A DNA stretch of 64,000 nucleotides. It comes from an uncultured bacterium. GTDB taxonomy: Bacteria > Verrucomicrobiota > Verrucomicrobiia > Limisphaerales > UBA8199. Where the stretch lies: the NCBI GenBank assembly GCA_963749495.1, contig CAVVMW010000018.1, positions 352,001-416,000 on the forward strand, in the 5' to 3' direction. The notes beneath the pieces are model-generated. The model was given only the letters and a program-made list of their open reading frames with translations. It made no database searches and had not been told where the DNA came from. The position numbers and the translations under genes were made by a program. Every line of letters starts with the position of its first letter. Position 1 is the stretch's first letter. Below, in pieces: positions 48,992 to 58,914 of the stretch.

Positions 48992-49369
48992 ATGGCGAAA
49001 CAAACGGATTGGGAACGTTGGGTCATTGCCTACGCTCCCGGAGTGCTGCTCTTCGCCCGCCAGCGAAGCCGCTGCGAGGCGGATGCGCAGGATCTGGTGT
49101 AGGAGGCAGTGGTCGAAACCTGGCAGCGGCAAGCTGATGGCGCGCCGCCGCCGCTCGCCCTGGTGTTCGCCACCATCCGCAGGCGGGTGGCGGATTGGGG
49201 GCGCAGCCAGGACCGCCGCGCTGCCCGCAAGGCGGCGGCGCATGCCGAGGATCCCGAATGCTGGTTTGACTCCAGCATCGAAGGCCGCGACCGCACACGG
49301 TTGATCCAGGAAGCCATCCAAATCGCGTTTTGGAGGTTAGATCGAGTAGCCCTTGCGCGGCCTCGCTGA
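48992..49369 (+). pseudogene. ECF sigma factor pseudogene
   Basis: MAKQTDWERW...LLFARQ...ADAQDLV*EAVVETW (TAG 49100-49102 at the usual Q of DLVQE); region 4 is missing. Confidence 0.8.
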
Positions 49370-49615
49370 GTCCTTGCTCCCGCACGCCAATCGCAGCAGC
49401 GGCCCAGCGGGCCGGTGGAGCGTACGGGCAATGCATCGCGGCCTTGACCCAGGAGCGGCCAGGGTATAGAAGGCCCGCATGAAACGGGTCCTCTCTGCCC
49501 TGACTCTGTTCTCACTCACTGCCCTGCTCGTGCATGGCGAAGCGCCCGCCGCCGCCGCCACAAGGTTCTTCCCGTCCATGCGGGTCTGTGTGAGCCCGTT
49601 CCTCTCCAATTCCTT

Positions 49616-50590
49616 ATGAAACGCCTCAGTGCTATTTTTGATGCCTTTGCCCCGCTGCTGGCTGCGTGCCCGCAGTTGGCAAGAGGAAGCCGTCCAGAGA
49701 CGCGCACGGCGGTAGCAGCCGCCATGATGCTGTGCGCCCTCTCGATGCTCGGGCTTGCAGCCCCGGCACCCGAGGCCCCATACGAAGTCGGCCAATTCTG
49801 GGAATACTCCCACGAAGGCCCCCGTCCTGGCGCCATGGAACCACGCGCCATCGACGGGCGGAGAATTGTACGCGTCATCGAAACCGTCGGCGCCGGCGCT
49901 GAGCAGCGATGGGTCATTGAGGAGCGCTTCACCAACGATCCCAAGAGCGTCTACCGCCTCCATGTCCGCGCCGATGGAATGCTTGCCGCGATTGTGATTG
50001 AAGACGAGAACGGCAGGTCGATGGCGCTGACTTACGGTAAACCCATGCCGTACCAGCGGGTCAACATGAAGGTGGGCGACTCGGTGCAAATCGAAACGGC
50101 CCTGATCATGCAGCCCGGCGGCTACAAATTGCCCTGGACGATCACAATCACCCGCCTCGGCAACGAGACTCTCGACGCACCCGCCGGGCGATTTGCTGAC
50201 TGCCGGGTCTATCGCAGCGTCACCGATTCCGTCCTCGACATTAAAGTGGCCAAGGTAAACATCAAGGAACACCGGCAGTGGTGGTACAGTGACCGTGCCC
50301 ACGCGACCGTCAAGGAGGTCTATTCCAAGGACGCCGTCAAGTTCCTCGCGTTCTCGCAGGGTAAGTATAGCTCCACCAGCACCCTGGCGGCCTTTGGCGT
50401 CCGAGCCGTCTCCGAGGCAGAGCGGGCCGCGGTGGTCCGCGATCTCAAGACCCTCGCCGTCGCCCCGCCGGTCCGTGTCCAGACACATGGCCACTGGAAA
50501 TGGATAGCGCCCCTCGCGGCCTGCACGGCCGCGGCTGCCATAGGCCTGCGACTGTTCAGAAAAACCCGTGCTCCGCGGCGGCAAATGTGA
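49616..50590 (+). CDS. Hypothetical exported protein with a C-terminal membrane anchor
   Basis: Hydrophobic N-terminal segment, 'ETLDAPAGRFADC' motif, C-terminal hydrophobic helix followed by basic residues; true start may be downstream. Confidence 0.65.
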   Translation: MKRLSAIFDAFAPLLAACPQLARGSRPETRTAVAAAMMLCALSMLGLAAPAPEAPYEVGQFWEYSHEGPRPGAMEPRAIDGRRIVRVIETVGAGAEQRWVIEERFTNDPKSVYRLHVRADGMLAAIVIEDENGRSMALTYGKPMPYQRVNMKVGDSVQIETALIMQPGGYKLPWTITITRLGNETLDAPAGRFADCRVYRSVTDSVLDIKVAKVNIKEHRQWWYSDRAHATVKEVYSKDAVKFLAFSQGKYSSTSTLAAFGVRAVSEAERAAVVRDLKTLAVAPPVRVQTHGHWKWIAPLAACTAAAAIGLRLFRKTRAPRRQM

Positions 50591-50725
50591 GCCTCGCCCA
50601 GACACTGGGGAACTCGCCGGTTCCGCACTCAGAGTGTGTGGAACCGGTCGGTGTGGATGGGAAAGCATGTCGGCCGTAAAATCAGACCAGAACAGGCAAA
50701 GGGCTCATGACGGGCGCGCGGGCTT

Positions 50726-51415
50726 TTAGAGCAATGCCACGCGCCGGATTCCAAGAACGTATTTTGAACAGCGTGTCAAACGATACGGCAGGGCATTCGT
50801 AACTGGAGCGGCAAGTTCGGCGACATCAGGCGCGAACTTCAATTCGATGACTACGACCGGTGCGCCCAAAGGACAACGAGCCGCCAAACCGCCGTTCTCG
50901 CGGACTCCGGAGAAGCGCAGGTCGGAATCCACCGTCAGGCGGAACCGCCCATCTCGACTCACGAAATAGTGACGTCGGTAGCAAGTAAATAAGGAGGGTT
51001 CGAGATGCCGCAGAACTGACCGCAGCATCTCGGGGAGGGCCGCCTCATCGACCGCGGTTTTCAAGACCGGCTTAACCGAGTCCCCGTTCAGCGAAAGACC
51101 CGGCAAGGCATGGACCCCCTTCCCGCCGACCAGCCCGCGCTTGAACTTGCGTTCGAGCATGGGCCGCTCGATCTGCCCGGCTTGCGGCCCATAGCAACGC
51201 ACCCGTGTCTTGCTCCGATTGGCCACTCCGTTGATGTGGTCGTGATAATCGCTGCGTCCCGGAGAATCCAGATAGATGTTGTTCACGACCCGGGTTGGAT
51301 AGATTTCCCGGAAAGCCGATGGATGACGCCGCACCATGGCCAGCGCTTCGGCTACTGTAGACCCGTCAGCTATGAACTTCCGCTCGTAGCGCAAGTTCGG
51401 AAGAATTGGTGTCAT
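50726..51415 (-). CDS. VTC (polyphosphate polymerase-like) domain protein
   Basis: 'RYERKF', 'NNIYLDS', 'RSKTRVRCYG', 'LERKFK', 'YRRHYF...RLTVDSDL', 'VIELKF', 'SKYVLGI'. Confidence 0.85.
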   Translation of the reverse strand: MTPILPNLRYERKFIADGSTVAEALAMVRRHPSAFREIYPTRVVNNIYLDSPGRSDYHDHINGVANRSKTRVRCYGPQAGQIERPMLERKFKRGLVGGKGVHALPGLSLNGDSVKPVLKTAVDEAALPEMLRSVLRHLEPSLFTCYRRHYFVSRDGRFRLTVDSDLRFSGVRENGGLAARCPLGAPVVVIELKFAPDVAELAAPVTNALPYRLTRCSKYVLGIRRVALL

Positions 51416-51434
51416 AGGAAGGTGGTGCGCCCGG

Positions 51435-52664
51435 TCAGCCGAGCAAACCCCGATCATCGAGGCAACTCACCTTGACGTCCGGGCTCAATTCACGGAGCCG
51501 CTGAGTGAACTGCTCCAAGTGCGCCACCTGCTTGAAATCCACCAGGAAGGCGGCTTCCAGCGACTCCGCGGTCTGGTCGAAGCGTTTGAGGCTCGCGCTG
51601 GCGCCCAGACCCGTCAACTCCTGGAGAAGGCGCACCACACCCAGCTTAGCGGCAGCCGGACTAGTGACGGTGAGGTAGAGATTTGGCGGTCCCGGGCTCG
51701 CGCGGAAGGTGCTGCGTATCATGATTAGCCCGAGAATAATGACTAGGGCCACAATGGTGAGCAGGGTCTGGCCTGCTCCCAGTCCAAGGCCGGCGCTAAT
51801 GGCCAGGAAGAGGTAGGCCAGCACCTCGTTCATCCAACTGGCATCGGTAACGTTGTTCTGGAGGGTGAGCATGGTAACGTCTCCCAATCGCTGGCCATTG
51901 ACGAATTTCCTGAGATCGACCTTGAGCGAGCGTTTGAGCGAGCCGCGCGATTCCAGGAAAGTGCCGTTGCCCTTGTAACGCACGCCGACATCCTTCAACA
52001 AGCGTCCTCCAAACTCCAAATCCGCGTGCACGTAAACGAATTCGATTCCCAGGGCAGAGGCGAGGCCGTTGCGCTTTCCCTCCGGGCCTTGCAGCATCAT
52101 GCCCAGGCCGGGGAACCCGCCACCGCCGGCACCGCCCCTCCCGCCGGTTCGCTTGGCCGCGGAGTTGAGCCCGTCCCGGATCTGGCCGGCGTTGAGCTTT
52201 CCTGTCCGGTTTGTATCCCAAGCCTTGAACCATTTCTGCGCCAGGGCCGCAAACTCCTCACGCGAGAGCCGGCCGTCATGGTTCTGATCGCCCTGGCTCA
52301 TGATCGCGGAGGAGAGGGACTTGAGGCCGGCTGCGCTGGCAGCCCGGCTGAAAGCCGCGAACATATTGAACCCGCCCTTAGGTTCCATCGCTTCCCACTG
52401 GTCCTTCGTGAATTTCAAATGGACGGTCCAGACGTTTGTGATCTGGAAGAGGCGATCGGAATCGAGCGCCACCATGAATGCAGTGTTCGGCGCATGTTTT
52501 TGCAGAACCATCGCCACACAAAACACGGCCAGCACAAACAGCGTTCCGAGGACGGCGGCGGTGCCGCGCCGCCGACCGGGGCAGCGGCGTTGGGGAGGCG
52601 AGTGTTTTGTTTGCCAGTCCATTTTCGTGGCGCGGTCGGCTCGGTCACTCCGCCGGCAAGTCAA
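51435..52664 (-). pseudogene. In-frame deletion hybrid: EF-hand/CotH kinase N-terminus fused to a DUF4956-like C-terminus
   Basis: CotH 'VGVRYKGNGT...KRSLKVDL...LQNNVTDASWMNEVLAY' runs directly into 'LFLAISAGLGLGAGQ' at 51813-51821. Confidence 0.75.
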
Positions 52665-53049
52665 CCTTGAGGACTTTCTTCAGGCGATCACGGAATTCCT
52701 GGCATTTCCGTTGGTGGATAGCTCGCTGTTCAGGGGTCAATACTTGGTCAATCCGGCGCCAAGAGTTGACCAGAACGCTCCCCGACTCTTTGATCGCCTG
52801 GCCAAAAGAGTCTTTGAAATGGCGCCCCGTATCGTCAAGGATCGCTCGAACTTTCGGCTGCTGTTCCGGGGTCAGTTTCAGCTCCCTTTGCATGAATTTC
52901 ATCGCCTCAGAGGTCCAATTCTCGAGGTTGAGGCCCCGTTCAAAGGCATGCTTGAAGCGCATGGTTGTCCACACCGCTCCCGTCACACCGCCCGCGGCAA
53001 AGACCAGCACCAGGGCCAGGAGCACTTTCCAATGTTTAATAGCGTTCAT
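52645..53049 (-). CDS. Spy/CpxP-like periplasmic helical protein
   Basis: Signal anchor 'WKVLLALVLVFAAGGVTG', with 'LKLTPEQQ' and 'VLTPEQR' motifs. Confidence 0.75.
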   Translation of the reverse strand: MNAIKHWKVLLALVLVFAAGGVTGAVWTTMRFKHAFERGLNLENWTSEAMKFMQRELKLTPEQQPKVRAILDDTGRHFKDSFGQAIKESGSVLVNSWRRIDQVLTPEQRAIHQRKCQEFRDRLKKVLKVDLPAE

Positions 53050-53336
53050 TGAATGATATTGCTTACGAGGAAGCGCACCGCCGAAGACAAACCAGTTGCA
53101 GGTTCAGGCGCATCCGCCTGGCTCAGGAGGACGACGACACCACAAAGAATCACAACCAGGGACACGAAAGCCGAGGACCAGGCGACCCGTTGAAGTTCGA
53201 AGAGCAGCGTTGGCTTCCTGGCGGGGGTCCAGGCCGCCACAACTCGGGCGGCAAATCCAAACGGGGCCGCTTCCGGTGGCGGCGGACCCTGGCCAGACAA
53301 TATCAACAACCGCTTTAAATCCGGGTGCAGCTTCAT
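53046..53336 (-). CDS. Small membrane protein, putative anti-sigma factor
   Basis: ATGA-coupled to the ECF sigma gene; 'PFGFAARVVA' followed by one TM helix. Confidence 0.7.
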   Translation of the reverse strand: MKLHPDLKRLLILSGQGPPPPEAAPFGFAARVVAAWTPARKPTLLFELQRVAWSSAFVSLVVILCGVVVLLSQADAPEPATGLSSAVRFLVSNIIQ

Positions 53337-53971
53337 AGCCGTCCCTCCTTTTTCAATTTTCCGAAGCGCTTGTTCAACTTGTGCCGCGCCCGAAACGCAC
53401 GCACCCGGATGAGCGCGGCCGACCACCCCGTCATTTCACGGACTTCCTCGATGGAATACTGCTCGATTTCCAGCATGCGAATGACGGCGCGGTCTTTCGG
53501 GCTCAGAGTCTCCAGGAGCAGGTCCACCAACTCCCGCGCGCCGAGGAGATGAGCCGGGTGCGTCTCCTGGACCTCCGCCGTTGACACCGCCTCAAGCGCC
53601 TCCGCCTGCTCCTCGGATAGATCAGCCATCCGCCACTCCGGGCGAACTCGTTGCGAGCGAATGGCGTTCAGGCAAAGGTTGACCGCGATGCGCGAAACCC
53701 AATGCTCCAGAGGGACCTCGCCTTTGTACTGGTCCAACTTCTCAAACATCTTCAAGAATACTTCTTGCGCCAGGTCTTCTTCGGCTGCCCGGCGCGGCAG
53801 GTTGTTCCGCACGATACGGATCACCGTCGGATACAGGTATTCCACCAATGAACGGGCGGCATCCTGATCCTGCTTTCGCACGCGCGCCAGACAATCAACA
53901 ACGTCCAGATTCAATTCTTTCGTAATTATGACACCGGAACGGCTCACGCTATTACAGCATAATGCTGCCAA
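53333..53971 (-). CDS. ECF RNA polymerase sigma factor (start uncertain)
   Basis: 'EEDLAQEVFLK', 'HWVSRIAVNLC', 'SIEEVREMTGWS..IRVRAFRAR'. Confidence 0.9.
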   Translation of the reverse strand: MAALCCNSVSRSGVIITKELNLDVVDCLARVRKQDQDAARSLVEYLYPTVIRIVRNNLPRRAAEEDLAQEVFLKMFEKLDQYKGEVPLEHWVSRIAVNLCLNAIRSQRVRPEWRMADLSEEQAEALEAVSTAEVQETHPAHLLGARELVDLLLETLSPKDRAVIRMLEIEQYSIEEVREMTGWSAALIRVRAFRARHKLNKRFGKLKKEGRL

Positions 53972-54088
53972 GTTTCGGCTCCGGACCCAAGCGCAATCGC
54001 CCCGGCAGCGTGGGCAAACCTCTGCCTCTGAGGAACCCCTGGAGAGGCATCCCCCCCGGAGATTTGAGAACGTCCGGAGTTGCGGAGC

Positions 54089-54255
54089 CTAAAGCAGTCC
54101 GGCCAGGGTGGCGCTCACCTCCTGCCGAACCGACAGCAACTGGCGCAACTCAGCCTGCGCTTTCTCGAGGTTGGCATGTCTCTGCTTGCGCGCCTCCTTG
54201 AATTTCTCCAGCGCGGCTTTTAACTCGGTTTTCGATGCCTTGGCATCGAAGGCCT
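54089..54255 (-). pseudogene. 3' remnant of a helical hypothetical protein
   Basis: 'KAFDAKASKTELKAALEKFKEARKQRHANLEKAQAELRQLLSVRQEVSATLAGLL*' with no in-frame start. Confidence 0.4.
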
Positions 54256-54429
54256 TCTTTCATTCTCGTCATCTTCCGTGTTAGAATTGGAGCTTTGCGT
54301 TCTGGAAATCACGGCAGAGCTGCTCAGCATCGCCACAGATAAAGACACGTCTCGGGAAGGATTATTACAGAAAATTCTCATCTGGCGGCGAATATGTGGG
54401 CGGGTGGTTGGCCACCCGCCCGCGTTGTT

Positions 54430-54775
54430 GCCTTCCTTCTCCTGCATCCAAGAGCTGACGCTGCCAAAGACCCTGCTTGAAGTGCCGCCGTCAGTTTGAC
54501 CGGAGGATTTACTGCCGGCGACCCCTTCTCCACCTCGCCAATCCAAAGGCAGCAGGGGGCTATTGCTTCTGCGGTTCGGATCACGGCGCGGAGGTTGGAT
54601 TCAGATTGACCAACGAGACCAGCGAAGATTCTGCCGGCGTCCAACTTTAATAATGGTACGCCGAACACTTTTGCTGTGGCTTTGGTGCTGAGACTTTTGC
54701 CGGTTCCAGGGATGCCAATTATCAGTAATCCTTTCGGTGTGGGCAGTCCGTATTCAATGGCACGCTCGCTGAATT
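54430..54775 (-). pseudogene. Ycf46-like AAA+ ATPase internal fragment
   Basis: 'YGLPTPKGLLIIGIPGTGKSL...LDAGRIFAGLVGQSESN...LWIGEVEKG' (Walker B Asp lost), frameshift, then 'DGGTSSRVFG...WMQEK'. Confidence 0.8.
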
Positions 54776-54789
54776 GCAGGGCGCCACGT

Positions 54790-54992
54790 GCCAGCCGTTC
54801 GTGCGCTCCTTCCATTGCGCGCTGGTTTACGCCGGGACGGGCAACGATGATCTCGCCTTCGAGTGCCTTTGGAAAGCCTACGACCAACGCGACATGTGGC
54901 TGCGCTGGCTCTGGTCACATTACGCTTTCGACCGGCTGCATTCCGATCCGCCTTTCATCGAACTTGCGAGGAAAATCGGCCTGAGCAAATGA
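54790..54992 (+). pseudogene. 3' remnant of a TPR-tail protein
   Basis: 'ALVYAGTG..D.AFE.L.KAY..R...FDRLHSDP.F..L.RKIGL' is the typical tail of kinase/cyclase-TPR proteins. Confidence 0.6.
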
Positions 54993-55079
54993 GCGCCAAC
55001 AACGAGCAAAGAACAAAGCAAGCTCTCCTCCGTGCGTAGCGGACCCCTGAGCGTGTTTGTAGATCGCGCGGCCCTGGAA

Positions 55080-55219
55080 GCGGGCACCAAAACGGGCACC
55101 AACTGCGTAGGTTCCAGTAGGCGCTGGTAGTGGCTGATTAGGCTTGAGTAGCCCGGGGAAATGGGTAAGTTTTACCTGCGATTGCGGCAAAAAACGGTCG
55201 ATTCCGACCTCCGCCTCCA
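55080..55219 (+). mobile_element. att-like junction 2
   Basis: gggcaccaaaacgggcacca ... tcgattccgacctccgcctcca (55198-55219); highly similar to 62469-62605, and its 3' flank (agta.tga...gtggacgagta) resembles that of junction 1. Confidence 0.7.
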
Positions 55220-55484
55220 AGTAGTGAAGGAGTAGTAGCTGAGTGGTGGACGAGTACGCGCCGGTAGTTCACCTTGGGCCTGAATTCTGCTCCTGACTTC
55301 CCCTTTCCTCGTCTATGCTCAAACCTGCTCATCACCAGGGCCTTGAGGCTTCTTCGTGGAAAGCAGGCGAGGGTTGAAAACCGACCGTTGCCTCTTGTTC
55401 CCTCGGCAAGGTGGACTCGACAACAAGTTCTTGCCCAGAACGAGGCGCCGCAGGGGTCTGGAAAGACAGGAGAGCAGAGACCGC

Positions 55485-56028
55485 CACGCTTGCTGGAGAC
55501 GCAGAAGCGCGTTGGTGAGGCGGCTCAGGCCATCGAACTCAAGCAGAGCGGAGAGAACAGCATCCTGGGCGCGTTGGCGGACAGCGTGGGCATGTCGCTG
55601 ACGCATGTCCTGCGTTGGGCGCACTGGTGGAACTCCACGGAATTGATCCCTGATGACGTCAGCAACGAGCAGGTTGTCATCAAGTTGAACGCCGACTACA
55701 GCACGCACGGGCTCTCGGCCAACGAAATCGTGGCCGTGGTCCAGGCGTGGCAGAACGGTGCGCTGAGCCGGGATTCCATGTGGGACATCTTCCGGCGCGG
55801 CCAGGTGTTGGCGGAAGGGCGGACCAACGAAAAAGAGGTCCGGCTGATCGCGGTTTGTGAACAATTCTCGTTCAGCGTGCGGCAGGGTCGTGCGACATGC
55901 CGCAGCGTGGTGCAGGACGAAAGGCTTGGCAGCACGGCGCACTGAGCCGGGATTTCATGCTGGACATCTTCCGCCGTGGCGAAGTGCTGCCGGAAGGGCG
56001 CACGAATGAAGAAAAGGTCCGGCTGATT
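55485..56028 (+). pseudogene. Phage portal-like (DUF4055-like) C-terminal fragment plus a diverged second copy of its end
   Basis: 'LLETQKRVGEAAQAIELKQSGENSIL...LNADY...VVQAWQNGALSRDS'; 55742-55849 is repeated with divergence at 55921-56028. Confidence 0.55.
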
Positions 56029-56123
56029 GAGAAGTCAGCGGTCGGAGACCGGGTGCCGGCAGGCTAAGCGTCGCTGGTGGGAGCGGTGGTGGGGGCTGGG
56101 CAGGGGGGCAATGTGCTGTCTTC

Positions 56124-56183
56124 TTGACCTGAATCAAGGGTGGTTCGATTGACACGGCTATATTGTGAATCTATATTCACAAT
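56124..56183 (+). promoter_or_regulatory. FNR/DNR-like box, sigma70 promoter and overlapping palindromic operator
   Basis: TTGAC-ctga-ATCAA (56124-56137); TTGACA (56149-56154)-N17-TATATT (56172-56177); attgtgaat-ctat-attcacaat (56162-56183). Confidence 0.75.
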
Positions 56184-56188
56184 GAAGT

Positions 56189-56858
56189 GTGCGTGCATCG
56201 AAGACCAGAACCGAGATCCGGCAGGACCAGATCGCCGCGGCCGCCCTGGAGTTGATGGCGCGGCACGGGCCCAAGGCGCTCAACCTCGCGGCGCTGGCGC
56301 GTAAGGTCGGCGTCGTTCCCTCTGCGATTTACCGGCACTACCCTGGCAAGGACGCGGTTCTGGATGCGGTGTTGGATTTGGTTGCGCGAAGGCTTCAAGA
56401 ACAACGTCGAAGCTGTGCGGCAGGAGACACCTGATGCGCTGGATCGCCTCCACCGGTTGCTGAACCGGCACGTCCAGTTGATCAGAAACAACGTCGCCAT
56501 CCCGCGCGTTGTGCTGTCGGAGGAGGTTTTCAGCGGAAACGCGAAACGGCGGCAGCGCGTCCACCAAATCATTCAGGGGTATCTGCGCAAGGTGGCGGAG
56601 TTGGTTTGCGAAGGCCAGAGAGAGGGGAGCGTCCGGGCGGGCCTTCCTGCTGACACGGTTTCGGTCATGTTCCTCGGACTGATCCAGCCCGCGGTGATTC
56701 TCTGGCTGATCAGCGATGGCGCGTTCGATGTTGCTACTCACGCTGAACGGGCTTGGCAGATTTTTAGCCAAACCATCCAAGCGGAGGGCTCCCTTGGTAT
56801 GTCCACCTCAACTAAGACCGCGACGCATGGCCAAACGAAAGAGCAAAAACGAAAATGA
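56189..56858 (+). CDS. TetR/AcrR family regulator with a frameshift at ~56390-56402
   Basis: HTH 'RQDQIAAAALEL...ALARKVGVVPSAIYRHYPGKDAVL'; the C-terminal domain continues in ORF 56364..56858. Confidence 0.85.
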
Positions 56859-57508
56859 AAACGAACCTTGTGAAAATAACCACGATTGGCGCGCTGCTGG
56901 CAGCCGCAACGCTGCTGCCTCGCACGGCCAAAGCCCACTGCGACACAATGGATGGCCCTGTCGTCCTCGCGGCCAAGACGGCGTTGGAGAAGAATAATGT
57001 TGCCCCGGTCCTGAAGTGGGTGAAGAAAGACGCGGAAGCGGAGATCAAAGCCGTCTTTACTAAAACGCTTGCCGTGCGCACCAAAGGGCCGGAAGCACGC
57101 GAGCTGGCGGACCAGTTCTTCTTCGAAACGCTGGTCCGAGTTCATCGCGCCGGTGAGGGTGCGCCGTTCACCGGCTTGAAGGCCGCCGGGGTGGAACTGG
57201 GGCCGGCCATTGAGGAAGCCGACAAGGCTCTTGAGAGCGGTTCGGTGGAGAAAGTGGTCAAGCTGGTGACTGACGAAGCGGCCGCCGGCATCCGCAAGCG
57301 GTTCGCCCAAGCGCGCCAGAAGAAGGAGCACGCCGAGCACAACGTGGAAGCGGGGCGCGAGTTCGTCGCCGCTTACGTGGAATACGTCCATTACGTGGAA
57401 GGCTTGCACGAAACGGCACAAGGCGCAGGCGCACACCATGCGGAGGGCCACGAAGCAGCCCCTGTGAAGGACGCCCACCAGGAAACCGCCCCGCAACACA
57501 AACACTGA
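56855..57508 (+). CDS. Secreted DUF6448-like protein with His-rich tail
   Basis: Signal peptide then 'AHCDTMDGPVV', 'FFETLVRVHRAGEGAPFTGLK', 'GREFVAAYVEYVHYVE'. Confidence 0.8.
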   Translation: MKTNLVKITTIGALLAAATLLPRTAKAHCDTMDGPVVLAAKTALEKNNVAPVLKWVKKDAEAEIKAVFTKTLAVRTKGPEARELADQFFFETLVRVHRAGEGAPFTGLKAAGVELGPAIEEADKALESGSVEKVVKLVTDEAAAGIRKRFAQARQKKEHAEHNVEAGREFVAAYVEYVHYVEGLHETAQGAGAHHAEGHEAAPVKDAHQETAPQHKH

Positions 57509-57526
57509 GCGATCAATGGAACCGAT

Positions 57527-58129
57527 ATGACACCGACACAAGTCATGGAGGCAGAGCACCGGCTCATCGAAACCGTAGTCAAGGCCTTGGGCGGCGTTGC
57601 GGCCGCCATCGAGCAGAGCCAGCGCGCCGATGTCGCCATGTTGCCGACGGCCGTTGAGTTCATGCGCGTTTATGCGGACCAACTCCATCACGGCAAGGAG
57701 GAGACGCTGTTCTTCCCCATGCTGGTCAAGCGCGGCGTGCCCCCCCAAGGCTGCCCGATTGGCGGACTGAACCACGAACACGAGAAAGGTCGCGCTCTGG
57801 TCCGGGCGCTGGTGGAGCAGGCTTCCGCGTATGCCCAGGGCAAACCCGGCGCGCAGGAAGGCCTGCTCGAAACGCTACGCGCAATTCTCGACCTCTATCA
57901 AAACCACATCTGGAAAGAGGACGCGATGGTCTTTCCGATGGCCGACAAAGTCCTGACCGAAGCGGACGAAGCAGAACTTGCCGAAAGATTCGCCGAAGTG
58001 GATCGGGCCGTCGGCACTGAAACCATCGGCCGGCTGGAGACATTCGCAAGGAGCCTCGCGACGAGTGCCCAGGCGTCCTCGGCGAGCGCCGCGCGATTAG
58101 GCGGCTGCGATTGCGGATGTGGATCATGA
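57527..58129 (+). CDS. Hemerythrin/HHE domain protein
   Basis: 'EHRLI', 'HHGKEE..FFP', 'EHEKGR', 'HIWKEDAMVFPMA'; C-terminal CDCGC. Confidence 0.9.
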   Translation: MTPTQVMEAEHRLIETVVKALGGVAAAIEQSQRADVAMLPTAVEFMRVYADQLHHGKEETLFFPMLVKRGVPPQGCPIGGLNHEHEKGRALVRALVEQASAYAQGKPGAQEGLLETLRAILDLYQNHIWKEDAMVFPMADKVLTEADEAELAERFAEVDRAVGTETIGRLETFARSLATSAQASSASAARLGGCDCGCGS

Positions 58130-58905
58130 AACCGAGTGTCCTTTCACGTCAACGCGGTGTCAGGACGGCCCTTAAGGTCTTGCTGCCGGCACTGCTTGTC
58201 GCCGCAATCGGCTATCAAGTGAAGTTCGCGCCGGTCACAGTGGCCGCTCACGAGATCAAGCCCGCCACCATCGTCGCCGAAGTGGTGGCGCTGCTTGGCC
58301 CCAGCGGCGCCGGGAAATCCACTCTGCTCACCGCCGTCGGTCTCATCAACCTGCCCACGGCAGGCCGCATCGTGATTGGCGGCGTGCCCGTCCTGGAAGC
58401 CGACCGCGCACTGGTGGACTTGTGCGCGTTCCGACGGAAGCATCTCGGTTTCATTTTCCAAAAGGCGAACCTGATTCCTTTCCTCAACGCTCTCGAAAAC
58501 GTTCAAATCGCGATGGAGATAAACGATGTCGCGCCCTGCGCGGCCCACCAGCGTGCGCTGGAACTGCTCGATTATCTCGGCGTGGCAGACCGGGCGAGCA
58601 ATTTGCCGGACGCCCTTTCCGGCGGCCAGCAGCAGCGCGTGGCCGTGGCCCGCGCGCTGGCGAACCAGCCCAGCCTCGTTCTGGCCGACGAACCCACCGC
58701 CGCGCTCGACAGCCACCGAGGCCGGCAGGTCATGGAGTTGTTCCGCAAAGTGGCGCACGAACAAGGGGCTGGTGTCGTCGTCGTCACGCATGACCACCGC
58801 GCGCTGGACATCTTTGACCGCATTTTCGAAATGGAAGATGGCAAGTTGAAGTCCAAACAAACACCTGATTCTTCGATTCCCAAAGAAGGTCTGAATCACA
58901 ACTGA
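58126..58905 (+). CDS. LolD/MacB-type ABC ATPase carrying an apparently foreign adaptor-like N-terminus
   Basis: GPSGAGKS, LSGGQQQR, LADEPT, VTHD; preceded by a TM segment and 'APVTVAAHEI....IVAEV'. Confidence 0.8.
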   Translation: MKPSVLSRQRGVRTALKVLLPALLVAAIGYQVKFAPVTVAAHEIKPATIVAEVVALLGPSGAGKSTLLTAVGLINLPTAGRIVIGGVPVLEADRALVDLCAFRRKHLGFIFQKANLIPFLNALENVQIAMEINDVAPCAAHQRALELLDYLGVADRASNLPDALSGGQQQRVAVARALANQPSLVLADEPTAALDSHRGRQVMELFRKVAHEQGAGVVVVTHDHRALDIFDRIFEMEDGKLKSKQTPDSSIPKEGLNHN

Positions 58906-58914
58906 GGAACATAA

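Noticed and set aside
49479..49619. 46-aa ORF resembling a lone signal peptide, ATGA-coupled to 49616
   Set aside because: Possibly another deletion remnant, but too short to assign.
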